Shown piece after piece: positions 24,531 through 37,156 of a stretch of 64,000 nucleotides of DNA; position 1 is the first letter of the stretch; every line of letters starts with the position of its first letter. Source of the stretch: Octopus sinensis (lineage: Eukaryota); contig NC_043000.1 in NCBI RefSeq assembly GCF_006345805.1, positions 17,236,001 through 17,300,000 of the forward strand. Direction: 5' to 3'. The notes beneath the pieces were generated by a model. It was not told where the DNA came from, did no database searches, and worked only from the letters and a program-made list of their open reading frames with translations. A program made the position numbers and the translations under genes.

Positions 24531-25392
24531 ACCCCGCCTTCTTTGGTGGTATTTTACATGAATGCACCACCACCAAAACCACCATTGCAACTACCATTGC
24601 TACAAAGGCAACTATGGAAAGAAAGACCACAGTAACTATCAACTCCACCGCTGCAGCTACTATCACAGCCACCACCATGACTATCGGCGGTTACCCGATC
24701 TGCTAGAAATAGAAAGTAACCAAATCTTGAAATCATACTACATTGTCCTAAATGATGATGCATTGGAATGATGATAGTCCCTTGATATACCAAAATACCA
24801 AAACTTGGGGATTAGGCATACTGGAACGCATTTGATCATAGATCTTTGGATCGAGTTATTTTTTCATTCGCAAAATATGCATTTTTTTAAAAGACAGTAA
24901 AAAATCTGAAAATCGGCTATAATAATGTAGCCTTCCAGTTTCATTGCTTTGAAGGTATGATATTGTGGAGAAAAAATTGGAGAAAAAAGTTATAGGGGTT
25001 TAAAAATCGAAAAGCTGTATATTTTTAGCCAATAGCGAGAAGAAATTTTCTGCGTTTAGCGGAGCGGTGTCAACTTTTAGGTTGTACCCTGTGAAATTTA
25101 TAGTTTAGCGTCTGACCTGTTCATTGTAAGTTTCTAAATAAACAGAAATACGTAATAAAATCAAAATATATCATCTTACTGTTTCTTTTGTCTCTTCATT
25201 GATTTATAGTTTTATTATTTTTTTAATTTGTTATATTAAAATATTTGTCTACATGTGTTTACTTTATGCGTATTCCAGTATTATGTATACCTGTCATGTA
25301 TTTGTGTACATCATTAATATATAAGTGCATGTAGATGTATGTGTTCATATATAAGTTTATATGTACATTTATGCATTCATGTATGTGTGTCT

Positions 25393-25462
<70 letters not shown>

Positions 25463-26282
25463 TGTGTGTGTGTGTGTGTGAAGGGGACGTCTGTCTCCAA
25501 AACTCCAAAGTTGAGTAACGTTTCCATGCTAGGATTTGTAAACTACGATAAGAATAAGATTGGTCAGCAAAGAATTTGTCTCAAAGAAAAGAATGCCCGT
25601 ATCTTATTCGTTTTGCATGTACAATTTTAAATTGTCAAATTATCTATATCACCCACAGTTTCTCTGTTCCACGATAACTCTCTCAGTTTCTGTTACGTGG
25701 GCTAAATTTCAGTTAAGTTGTTGAAATGTGAAGCTAACGGTTTAAGAAATACGGCGATCGAAAGATCGCCAGAAATACTCTTAATTAAAATGTTTATGAA
25801 CAGAATTAACCTAGTGAAATCATAAATCTGAGTCAATGAGTCCCAAGAATATATGAAATAAAAAAAATACGTAAAAATACTAACACAGAGAAAAAGGCAC
25901 AGAAAAATACTAACACAGAAAAAAGCACATAAAATATGTAATGTACTAACACACAGAAAAATTAAAACAAAACGCGGGTGAAAAGAATCTCGTGGTGTGA
26001 AGAATCAAGTGTGAAAAATCAAGAGACAACAGTGAACAACACAGCGTGTTGTTGTCATGGTAACAAGCAGCTAATGCCACGCTATCTGTTGATTGGCTAA
26101 AATTACCCAAATTTCCCAATTTAATACCAAATAACATCAGATTCTTTCATTTACGAGATAAAGTAACTGGTCGATCGAAATCAAAATTCGGAGTTGCATC
26201 AATGCACCAAAATTGAAAATTTTCTGAGCAAAATTATGGGGGTCTCATTTTGCGAAAGAGAAAGACTAAATCCGATCTGATT

Positions 26283-26671
26283 TTTTTTGGAAGCACTCCG
26301 TCGGTTACGACGACGAGGGTTCCGGTTGATCCGAATCAACGGAACAGCCTGCTCGTGAAATTAACGTGTAAGTGGCTGAGCACTCCACAGACACGTGCAC
26401 CCTTAACGTAGTTCTCGGGGATATTCAGCGTGACACAGAGAGTGACAAGGCCGGTCCTTTGAAATACAGGTACAACAGAAACAGGAAGAAAGAGTGAGAG
26501 AAAGTTGTGGTGAAAGAGTACAGCAGGGATCACCACCATCCCCTGCCGGAATTTCGTGGAGCTTTTAGGTGTTTTCGCTCAATAAACACTCACAACGCCC
26601 GGTCTGGGAATCGAAACCGTGATCCTATGACCGCGGGTCCGCTGCCCTAACCACTGGGCCATTGCACCTCC
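26283..26671 (-). mobile_element. SINE family A
   Basis: Full copy; TSD ccgatctgatt at 26272 and 26672. Confidence 0.95.
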
Positions 26672-26737
26672 CCGATCTGATTAATCAGGACCGACTGAAA
26701 GCTAAACAATAACATATAGGCGCTTCAAGAAATAGTG

Positions 26738-26861
<124 letters not shown>

Positions 26862-27570
26862 TCTGATCGCCTTCTACTATCTTAAATACGGATGAACAAT
26901 TTGATAATGATATATTAAATAGTCTTTAAAAGTGTGTCACATCAGAGCTGTCTTAAGTAAATCTGAACTGAAATCTCTGGGAAATATACAGAGATCTGCA
27001 AGTAACTTCACCACCACTGGCACCACCATCACGTTTTCAACTAAGATATTTATGCCATTTCGTAGCAAGAAAATCGCTTTAAAATCAATCCTGTCTACGA
27101 AAGTCTATGTTATTGTAGATGATGCTTTCGATATCCATGAGGGAAAGAAAGAAGATTGATTTACTGCTGTCCCAGTGCAGTTTCAACGTTGGGAAATACA
27201 AGATTCCAACTTGTCTGAAACGATTTTCGCTCTGTGTCTGGAAGATACTTTCATTCTTCGTCTTGGATAATGAAATGTTTAATTTGTGTATATCCATTGA
27301 ATAATTGTATTGTAATCAATATCTTCATGATAAGCATTTGCCAATGTTCACACTTTTTCACGCAACTCATTACAATAATTTTTTTTTTTAACTGCCTGAA
27401 GACGGAAAACAGGCGCCCAATGTTTTTTTTTTTTTTTTTGTTTTTTTTATAGCTTTCTGCTCGTTTTGTGAAGAGTTCAGAGAGTCCAGAAAAGAAGTCT
27501 AAACATACGTGCAGAAGACAATCCTAATAACGCCCCTACCTCCTCCACCACCTCCACCACATTGATAATT

Positions 27571-27988
27571 ACTCTTTTAGTACTCTTTTACTTGTTTCAG
27601 TCATTTGACTGCGGCCATGCTGGAGCACCGCCTTTAGTCGAGCAAATCGACCCCGGGACTTATTCTTTGTAAGCCTAGTACTTATTCTATCGGTCTCTTT
27701 TGCCGAACCGCTAAGTGACGGGGACATAAACACACCAGCATCGGTTGTCAAGCAATGCTGGGGGGGACAAACACAGACACACAAACATATACACACACAC
27801 TTATATATATATATATACATATATACGACGGGCTTCTTTCAGTTTCCGTCTACCAAATCCACTCACACGGCATTGGTCGGCCCGGGGCTATAGCAGAAGA
27901 CACTTGCCCAAGATGCCACGCAGTGGGACTGAACCCGGAACCATGTGGTTGGTTAGCAAGCTACTTACCACACAGCCACTCCTGCGCC
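27571..27988 (-). mobile_element. SINE family B (young, full length)
   Basis: All modules present; near-identical to 35578-36049 and 41174-41572. Confidence 0.93.
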
Positions 27989-28616
27989 TTGATAGTTATT
28001 ATATTGGATTTCTTTTCCTGTATGTGCTATAGTAATGATGGTGGTTGTAATGGTGGTAGTTGTAATGATGGTGGTGGGTGATACTGCATCATAAAAGACT
28101 ACATGCAATATAGTGATATCTTCAGACATTTGTCGGTGGGATTGAAAACAGGTGTTGTTTAACTACGGACCAGACCTTCGATTTGAGAGTTCCATCTATG
28201 ATCACCCATTCTGTCTTTCGCTCTAGTATTGCGTATCAAAATGATGAGTTGTAAAGTGAGGGATATTTGGCTGCATATTGTATAAGAATTTAGATCCTCT
28301 TTGATTCCTAGATAAACAAAACAGTTATGCAACGAGATTGGGGGACATTGTTTAGTAATGTAAAAGTACAGTGGGTCCAAAACATGTTTCCACCTTGAAT
28401 TTTTCACTTTCATCAAGAAGTCTCTTCCACTGATACATCTTCTAAAACAGTGCTTCCCAACCATATTTCCTATGGACCCCTTTGATTCTTATTTTATTCG
28501 TATTAACATTCATAGCTATTCGATGTGTACAAAAATTCTATTACATTCTTGTAGTTAAATGTTATTAGTAATTGTATTAAAAAAATTCTTAAAATATTTT
28601 ATGTATTGTAGAAGTG

Positions 28617-28781
28617 TAAGTGGCTGTGTGGTAAGTAGCTTGCTTACCAACCCCATGGTTCCGGGTTCATTCCCACTGCGTGGTACCATGGGCAAGTGTC
28701 TTCTACTATAGCCTTGGGCCGACCAAAGCCTTGTGAGTGGATTTGGCAGACGGAAACTGAAAGAAGCCCATCGTATATATG

Positions 28782-28830
<49 letters not shown>

Positions 28831-28982
28831 ATATGTATGTATGTATGTATGTGTGTGTGTGTGTATGTATGTATGTGTGTGTGTGTGTGTGTGTATATAT
28901 ATGTTTGTGTGTCTGTGTTTGTCCCCCGAGCATCGTTGACAACCGATGGTGGCGTGTTTACGTCCCCGTAACTTAGCGGCTT
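28617..28982 (+). mobile_element. SINE family B, 3'-truncated
   Basis: Head to ...gtaacttagcgg, then joins a minus-strand SINE A variant. Confidence 0.85.
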
Positions 28983-29238
28983 CCCGGTTTCTGTGCCCCC
29001 CCCCTTCCCCCCAGCTAGACGGGACGCCAGTTCATCGCAGCGTTACTCAAGAAACAGTGAGAGAAGATTGTGACGAAAGAGTACAACAGGGGTCGCTACC
29101 ACCACCATCCCTACCGGAGCCTCGTGGAGCTTTTAGGTGTTTTCACTCAATAAACACACAACGCCCGGTCTGGGAATCTGAAACCGCGATCCTCCGACCA
29201 CGAGTCCGCTGCCCTAACCACTAGGCCATTACGCCTCC
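28983..29238 (-). mobile_element. SINE A head and middle fused to alternative tail 2
   Basis: Family A head and middle followed by gagtaacgctgcgatgaactggcgtcccgtc...gaaaccggga, the tail seen at 48455-48530. Confidence 0.75.
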
Positions 29239-29574
29239 AAGTAGTAACTGTACTGAGAAGTAATGCTTATTGTCACTTCAATATGGATATTCCGTAGAAA
29301 CGTCGGTTCCTGCACCACAGTCATAGTGAAGTGACGATAAACAGAAGTATAACAAATTTATTGCATATAAACACTAACAACATAATCTTACATGGACCCC
29401 CAAGGGTCACCACTCTAAAAAGCACACTTCGCTTCCTAATACATTTGTCTCCATCGTTTAATTTTGAATTCGTTTAGCTTTCGCTTCATTTTCACTGATG
29501 TTAGATCACATTTAAGATGGTTCGGCAGTTCCAAGGTTTGAGGAGAATGGAACCATCTCTTAGCCACTACTGTT

Positions 29575-30218
29575 CTCGCGTCTACTCTGACCCGGAGCAG
29601 TATCTGTCAGTCTCTGACTCGGGGCAGTATCTGTCAGTCTCTGACCCGGAACAGTATCTCGCGTCTACTCTGACCCGGAGCGCAGTGTCTGTCAGTCTCT
29701 GACTCGGAACAGTATCTCGCGTCTACTCTGACCCGGAGCAGTATCGTGTCTACTCTGACCCGGAGCGCAGTGTCTGTCAGTCTCTGACTCGGAACAGTAT
29801 CTCGCGTCTACTCTGACCCGGAACAGTATCGCATCTACTCTGACCCGGAGCAGTATCGCGTCTACTCTGACCCGGAGCAGTATCTGTCAGTCTCTGATTC
29901 GGAACAGTGTCTCGCGTCTACTCTGACCCGGAGCAGTATCGCGTCTACTCTGACCCGGAACAGTATCGCATCTACTCTGACCCGGAACAGTGTCTCGCGT
30001 CTACTCTGACCCGGAGCAGTATCTGTCAGTATCTGTCGCGTCTACTCTGACCCAGCACAGTATCGCATCTACTCTGACCCGGAGCAGTATCGCGTCTACT
30101 CTGACCCGGTGTAGTATCTGTCAGTCTCTGACCTGGAACAGTGTCTCGCGTCTACTCTGACCCGGAGCAGGGTCTGTCAGTATCTGTCGCGTCTACTCTG
30201 ACCCGGAACAGTATCTGT
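29575..30218. repeat. GC-rich variant-repeat minisatellite, 22 units of about 27-31 bp
   Basis: Core ctctga[c/t][c/t]cgga[g/a]cagtatc counted 22 times, with alternating linkers gcgtcta / tgtcagt. Confidence 0.95.
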
Positions 30219-30481
30219 AACCTTGCTAAAGGTTAACATGTAAATGGGGATCATCTGGGAATATGGTAGTAAACAGCTCGGTCCAAATCATTTGTGGCCT
30301 TTTGGTAAGACCTAGCACCCGGTAACCACTAGCACCAGAGTTATACTGAAACCATGGGATGCAGCATGCTGGATGCGAACTATTTCGGATGTGAACTTAT
30401 TGAGTCAATAGCGAATATCTCTAGATGTTGAGCGGATGAACAGACAATAAGATGTCAATGGTCAGGATCAACCAGTTCGAA

Positions 30482-30897
30482 AGGCGACGAGCTGGCAGAA
30501 ACGTTAGCACGCCGGGCGAAATGCGTAGCCGTATTTCGTCTGCCGTTACGTTTTGAGTTCAAATTCCGCCGAGGTCGACTTTGCCTTTCATCCTTTCGGA
30601 GTCGATAAATTAAGTACCAGTTACGCACTGGGGTCGATGTAATCCACTTAATACGTTTGTCTGTCCTTGTTTGTCCCCTCTGTGTGTAGTCCCTTGTGGG
30701 CAGTAAAGAAATAGGTATTTCGTCTGCCGCTACGTTCTGAGTTCAAATTCCGCCGAGGTTGACTTTGCCTTTCATCCTTTCGGGGTCTATTAAATAAGTA
30801 CCAGTTACGCACTGGGGTCGCTATAATCAACTTAATCCGTTTTATCTGTCCTTGTTTGTCCTGCCTGTGTTTAGCCCCTTGTGGGTAGTAAAGAAAT
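30482..30897 (+). mobile_element. SINE family C dimer (full unit plus 5'-truncated unit)
   Basis: tRNA-like head (agctggcagaa..gagttcaaattcc), gtcgactttgcctttcatcctttcggggtcgataaattaagtacc middle; single TSD aggatcaacca[g/a]ttc at 30464 and 30898. Confidence 0.9.
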
Positions 30898-31685
30898 AGG
30901 ATCAACCAATTCAATTAACGAACTATCACCAGCAGTCATAGCATGATCAGATGAGACATCCAGTTATCGAAAGACTTTATTGATCCATGCAAGTCGCCTG
31001 ACGGGGTGATGATAAAATACCCAGCCTAGAATGGGTATCTTATTTTATCAATCCCGTGCAGAGAGCCGGAAAAATTACCATAAGACTGTTTATCCTACTC
31101 TCAAAAGGACTCTACCAAATCATCGCCTTGCTGGCTAGTGTTGCATAATTTCTCTAGTATTAAACTCTTTTGTTTAGCGTAGGCACTATGTCGTCAATTA
31201 GAAAGTGCACACAATCAAGCGAGTGTCTTTACACTATAGTAATTATCGAACGGAAATATTCGATACTGAAACTAAATCGATTAGACCAGTGTTGGAAAGA
31301 GATGCCGAAATTTGAATTTGAATCAGGTAATTCTAAATATTTACAAATGATCTAACGTTCTTATGCATATTGGCGAAACAGGAATTAATAGCAATTCTTA
31401 ATTATTCTAAATAATATTATTAGCATTATTGTGATAAATTTTAATGAATTTTAACTAGTTCGAGGAAATTTGAATTTCAATTGGATTATAACAAACATTT
31501 ATAAGTGTTGCATTGCATGTGCAAATATCGAAGATTGAATCGGACTTTCAAATAATAAATTTTTCTGAAAACTGCTTTGATTCTGACAATCATCTCTAGA
31601 ATATCCTAGATATGCACCACACACCACACACACACACACACACACGTACTTATGCATGTATGCATGTATTTATGTGTGTGTATGC

Positions 31686-31723
<38 letters not shown>

Positions 31724-32162
31724 AGGAATTCCAACTCTGTTTTTTTATGTTTTATTTATACTCTTTATAATATTAATGTAGAATATAGAATATATAGTAT
31801 ATATAGTATATATAGTAAAAGGAAATGAAGTATTGATTGTTTTATTGAATAGATGAAATATTGAATATCAAATATTAAGGGACTAGTATACTTTCATGCG
31901 TTATAGCAGTTTTCAAGCTCCCAGGTTGTGACAAGAGTGTATATATATATGAGCTTTTATGTATTCATATATGTATTCATGCATAAATGTATGTATGTGT
32001 GGATATATACATGTATACATGTATACACGGTGTGTCTGGGGTATTTAACGTGGATGTAAACATACACGTGCATTAATGTAGGAGTATCCCGGAGATGACT
32101 GTTTCAATCCAAACGTTTTTCAATACATACATACATGCATATATATATATATACATATACTT

Positions 32163-32380
32163 TATTCAAAGCAGCAGAAAATTCAACAAAACCTGTTACT
32201 CTGAGTTTCCCGTTGCCGTTCGTCGGAAAGCAAAAACTGTCCGACGAACGGCAACGGGAAACTCAGAGTAACAGGTTTTGTTGAATTTTCTGCTGCTTTG
32301 AATATAAAGCATATTACTCTACCACTGGTATTTGAGTACTCTTTTTTCCACCTTGTTTCACATTTATGTGTTTACTCCGG
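32163..32380 (+). mobile_element. PLE-like terminal fragment forming a perfect 65-bp-arm palindrome
   Basis: Arms 32163-32227 and 32240-32304, 12-nt spacer; contains a hammerhead core in each arm. Confidence 0.75.
32232..32279 (+). ncRNA. Minimal hammerhead ribozyme motif with U4C core variant
   Basis: AAAACTGT-CCGACGA-A-CG-GCAA-CG-G-GAAA-CT-CAG-AG-TA/ACAGGTTTT; GNRA-capped stem II, palindromic stem III, GTA triplet ending at 32270. Confidence 0.65.
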
Positions 32381-32461
32381 TATATATACATATATATATA
32401 TATATTATATATATATATATATAATTATATATCGATATATATTTATATATATATATATATT

Positions 32462-32506
<45 letters not shown>

Positions 32507-32582
32507 ATATAATATATATGTATATACATATATATATATTATATTATATAATATATTTATATATATATAATATATATATATA

Positions 32583-32620
<38 letters not shown>

Positions 32621-32646
32621 TATAATACATATCTAATATATCTAAC

Positions 32647-32678
<32 letters not shown>

Positions 32679-32752
32679 CTATATTATATTATATACATAT
32701 ATATATATATAATATATATAATATATATATATATATAATATATATATATATA

Positions 32753-34359
32753 GCAGTAGGCCCGATAGGTTCCCTGCTTGTGTCCTGAAGGTGTGTCGAC
32801 ACCAACTTGCATCTTCCCTTGCTAATCTGTGGAGAAACTCACTGGATGCTGGCTATATTCCAAAAAACCTTCTGTCCAGTCTGTTGTCCCAGTTTTCAAA
32901 AAGGGAAACAAGTCCCTTGCAGTGAATTACCGTCCGATCTCACTCACCTCTCATATCATCAAGGTATTTGAGAGGGTGGTGAGATCTCGAATAACCCAAT
33001 TTCTGGAAAGCCACAGACGGCTGATCTCCCAACCAACATGGGTTCCGTAATGGAAGGGACTGCCTAACGCAGCTCCTGCATCACTTTGAGGACATTTTGA
33101 GAGCTTTGGGAGAGGGCTCCAAACACCGATGTCATCTACCTTGATTTCAGTAAGGCCTTCGACAGGGTCGATCACAAGATCTATTGAAAAAACTATCCAA
33201 CATTGGTGTCTCTGGAAAGTTACTGAAATGGATTAGTGTTTCCTGACAGACAGATCTCAACATGTTGTAGTTGAAGGGGTAAAATCAAGCCCAGCCAAAG
33301 TCAGTAGTGCGTCCGCAAGGCACTGTGCTGGGCCCACTTCTTTTCATCATTTACATTAATGACATTAAAGACATCATCAAGCACAGCACATAAAAATCTT
33401 TGCAGATGACTCCAAGCTACAGAAGGTCATAAATGAGGCGAGTGACCGACATGCCTTCAGTCAGATCTACTGGCTGTTATCCAATGGGCAGAAAAAAACA
33501 ATATGCTGCTGAACGAGGATAAATTTGAGCTAATCCACTTTGGAAAGAGGATGCCCTGAAACTCCCATACTCCCTTCCTTCAGGTGAACTCTCGCGGCGT
33601 CCAACAACATCAGAGACTTGGGAGTAATTGTGGACAACAACGTAAGTGGGCCACTCATATAAACACCAAAGTTGACATGGCCCCGCAGCAGAATGTTTCC
33701 TGGATTCTCAGAACTTTCCAGTCGAGAGATATCCACACCATTATCCTTCTCTTCTCCACTTTTGCCCGACCCCACCTTGAATACTGTTGTCACTGTGGTC
33801 TCCCCACACAATACAAGGTATCATAAAAGTTGAAGCACCTCAAAGGGCAATCACAAAAAAGATAGATGGCAGGACAGACCTCGACTATTGGGGTCGACTA
33901 GAAAAGCTAAAAACTCTATTCTCTCCAACGTCGTCGTGAGCGCTACATCATCTGCATGATGTGGAAAATATTCCATCAGCATTCCCCAAATGATGTTGCA
34001 TCACTTTAAGGTACATCCAAGCTGGGCCCCGTGCCATCCGCCCAAACAAAAATCGCACTCTCATCTCATAACAACAATACGGCACAATTATTTCACCTCA
34101 ATTGGCCCCGCTATCTTTAACATTACACCAAAACACATTAAAACAGAAACTGACCCTATAGGGTTCAAGAAGTCTTTGGACAGATTCCTTCAAGAAATCC
34201 CGGAAAACCCCCTACACCCGGAGATGTCTCTGTAACAATAACTCTCTACTTGAGTGGGCCATAGTGCCCAAATTCTGACTTGAAAGACTTCACCAGGTGG
34301 TGCTATTAAGTTAGACATGGCCGGGCCAATAATGGCCGAAACCTATCAAAGTATCAAAA

Positions 34360-34360
<1 letters not shown>
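32753..34360 (+). mobile_element. CR1-clade LINE, 5'-truncated, inserted in (TA)n
   Basis: RT motifs GPDRFPA, NYRPISLTS, NQHGFR, YLDFSKAFDRVDH, PQGTVLGP, FADDSKL, RDLGV, RPHLEYC across many 1-bp frameshifts; tail (tatcaaag)2. Confidence 0.9.
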
Positions 34361-34413
<53 letters not shown>

Positions 34414-34512
34414 TATATATAGTATATATGTATATAGAGAGTCAGAGTGAGAGAGAGAGATACAGGCATATCAAATACCATACAAAAACATACACACGCA
34501 TGTAGACAAATA

Positions 34513-35466
34513 ATGTAATGTTCGTCCTTCGGTTCGAAGATGACCAACTGACATCATCTGATGGAACTGCCGCCATGAGACCGGAGGTGGCTGGTGAGGC
34601 CAATCGGGCAAGGAAGCCCTCCCACAGGTGGGGCAGAAGTGGGTAGGGGCAGTGCTACTGGTGCAGGGCGGCTCTGACTTTACGCATCTGACGTTTCTGC
34701 TCCGCGACCGAATCCGTCCCTCCTCGGCTGTCCCTGCTCCCACGGTGATTGCGCCTGCGCCAGGATGAGCGGTTGGCAGCAAGTGTCTCCCAGGTCTCTG
34801 TTCCGATGGAGAAGTCTTTGAGAGAGACCTTGAGACTATCCTTGTAGCGTTTTTCTGCCCTCCGACTTTGCGCCTGCCCTGGCCGAGTTCACCGTAGAAG
34901 AGCTGTTTTGGGATGCGAGTGTCGGACATGCGGGGGAGACATGGCCCGCCCATCTCAGCTGGGCCTTGCGCATGATTGTGATGGTGCTAGGGAGATCTGC
35001 CTGCTTCAGAACTTCCGTGTCTGGGACTTGTCCTGCCAGCGGATGTGAAGGAGATTCCGAAGACACCTGAGATGGAGTGGAAGTGTTTATCTGGCGCTCG
35101 TGCCTTCGGTAAGCAGTCCACGTCTCGCAGCCGTAATAGTAGAGTGGTAAGCACGACTGCCCGGTAGACTTTCAGCTTGGTGTTGAGGCTGATTCCTCTC
35201 CGCTCCCAGACTTTCTTTCGCCAGTCTCCCAAACGCGCTGCTTGCCTTGGAGATTCTGTTGTGGTGTTTCAGCATCTATGTTGGCATTGCAGGAGAGAGT
35301 GCTGCCCAGGTAGGTGAAGTTTTCCACCACTCGTAAGATCCGTCCGTTCACCCTTATCTGAGGCTCATGGTATTGTTTGCCGGGGGCTGGCTGAAACATC
35401 ACTTCGGTTTTCTTTGCACTGATGGTGAGACCGAAGTTGTCACAGGCTGATGAGAACCTGTCCATC
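34513..35466 (-). mobile_element. RTE LINE 3' part (second family), 5'-truncated
   Basis: MDRFSSACDNFGLTISAKKTEVM, FTYLGS, QLRWAGHV, RIPKQLFYGEL, HFCPTCGR; perfect 12-bp TSD tgtagacaaata at 34501 and 35467. Confidence 0.92.
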
Positions 35467-35577
35467 TGTAGACAAATATAGATACTTTAAATGCCAAACG
35501 TGTGTGTCTGTGTGGTTGACTACTACTGAAAGGGCAAGAGTCACTTCAAGGTTTTAGCTTGTTGAGGAATTTGTATA

Positions 35578-35827
35578 TTCTTTTACTCTTTTACTTGTTT
35601 CAGTCATTTGACTGCGGCCATGCTGGAGCACCGCCTTTAATCGAGCAACTCGACCCCAGGACTTATTCTTTTGTAAGCCGAGTACTTATTCTATCGGTCA
35701 TTTTTTGCCGAACCGCTAAGTAACGGGGACATAAACACACCAGCATCAGTTGTCAAGCAATGCTAGGGGGACAAACACAGACACACAAACACACGCACGC
35801 ATATATATATATGTGATATATATATAT

Positions 35828-35860
<33 letters not shown>

Positions 35861-36049
35861 CTTATATATATATATATATGTATATATGACGGGCTTCTTT
35901 CAGTTTCCGTCTACCAAAACCACTGACAAGGCTTTGGTCTGCCCGAGGCTATAGTAGAAGACACTTGCCCAAGGTGCCACGCAGTGGGACTGAACCCGGA
36001 ACCATGTGGTTGGTAAACAAGTTACTTACCACACAGCCACTCCTGCGCC
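35578..36049 (-). mobile_element. SINE family B
   Basis: Full copy with expanded internal (TA)n. Confidence 0.92.
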
Positions 36050-36344
36050 TATATCTATTTATATTTAGCTTAGATTATATCTTTATATAATTCCTTTATT
36101 CATTTCGATGAAATATAGTTCTTAAAGCCATTGGTAGTCATGAATAGCACAATTTTGTTCCCGTTTTGGATTCGTCAGCAGAACATAGCTCGGAACTTGA
36201 AATCAATTAAACAAAATTCATTGTCGTTATTATTGTTATTCTAACAGTAGGAAAAGAGCTTTTGCTTTTTACGCGCGCGCGCACGTATGCACGCATGTAC
36301 ACATACATGCACACACACTCACACACATACATTCTTTTATTCTT

Positions 36345-36785
36345 TTGTCATTTTTTCAACCATTTAGCTGCAGCCATGCTGGAGCACCACCTTAAAAGGT
36401 GTTTTAGTCGAAGAAATCGACTAAAACCCCAGGTCTTATTCTTTGTAAGGCTAGTACTTATTCTGCCGGTGTCTTTTGCCGAACCGCTAATTTACGGGGA
36501 CGTAACCACAACACCGGTTGTCAAGCAATGGGGGGGGGGAACAAACACAGACACAAAGACACACTAATATACATATATGCATGTGTGTGTGTGTGTGTGA
36601 ATGTGACTTTTTGTCTATGCTTGTGTCTATGTTTGTCCCCACCATCACTTAACAACCCCGTAAATTATATATACAACGGGCTTCTTCCAGTTTCCGTCTA
36701 CCATATACACTCACAAGGCTTTGGTCGGCCCGATGCTACAGTAGAAGATACTTGCCCAAGGTGCTACGCAGTGGACTGAACCCGT
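36345..36785 (-). mobile_element. SINE family B, older and 5'-truncated
   Basis: Same modules, diverged. Confidence 0.8.
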
Positions 36786-37110
36786 ATATGTTATATATAT
36801 ATATATTATATATATATATATTATATATATATATATATACAAGATAAAAAATGGAGAAATACATCTAAATCAAATATCAATTACACGATAATACTCAATC
36901 ACATACTTTATTAAACCATTACATAAGAGACTGTAGGGTTACATATAAAAGGCAGAACAAATCAGTGTACATACAGTAGTGTACATAAAAAAGTGTGCAT
37001 AAAAGAGTAATGATGTATAATAAGTAGAATATATATAAAAGAGAATATAAATATAAGTAAATATAAATGTTATCCCATGGAGGGTTGCATTTACAACCCC
37101 TATCTCAATT

Positions 37111-37156
<46 letters not shown>

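Larger units (their letters stand above)
28448..29412. mobile_element. hAT (Charlie-like) MITE remnant hosting nested SINEs
   Basis: Starts cagtgcttcccaac after ttctaaaa; atggacccc motif near both ends; ends before ctctaaaa (8-bp TSD with one mismatch, resembling the NTCTAGAN Charlie target). Confidence 0.5.

Noticed and set aside
26932-27452. Short overlapping ORFs, also 28159-28464 and 7085-7532
   Set aside because: No recognisable domain; consistent with chance ORFs in AT-rich DNA.
29575-30218. CRISPR-like repeat array
   Set aside because: Linkers are short, recurrent variants rather than unique spacers; eukaryotic context with no cas genes.
36150-36195. Hammerhead-like CTGACGA...GGAAC on the minus strand
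   Set aside because: GAAA incomplete, no stem III or NUH.
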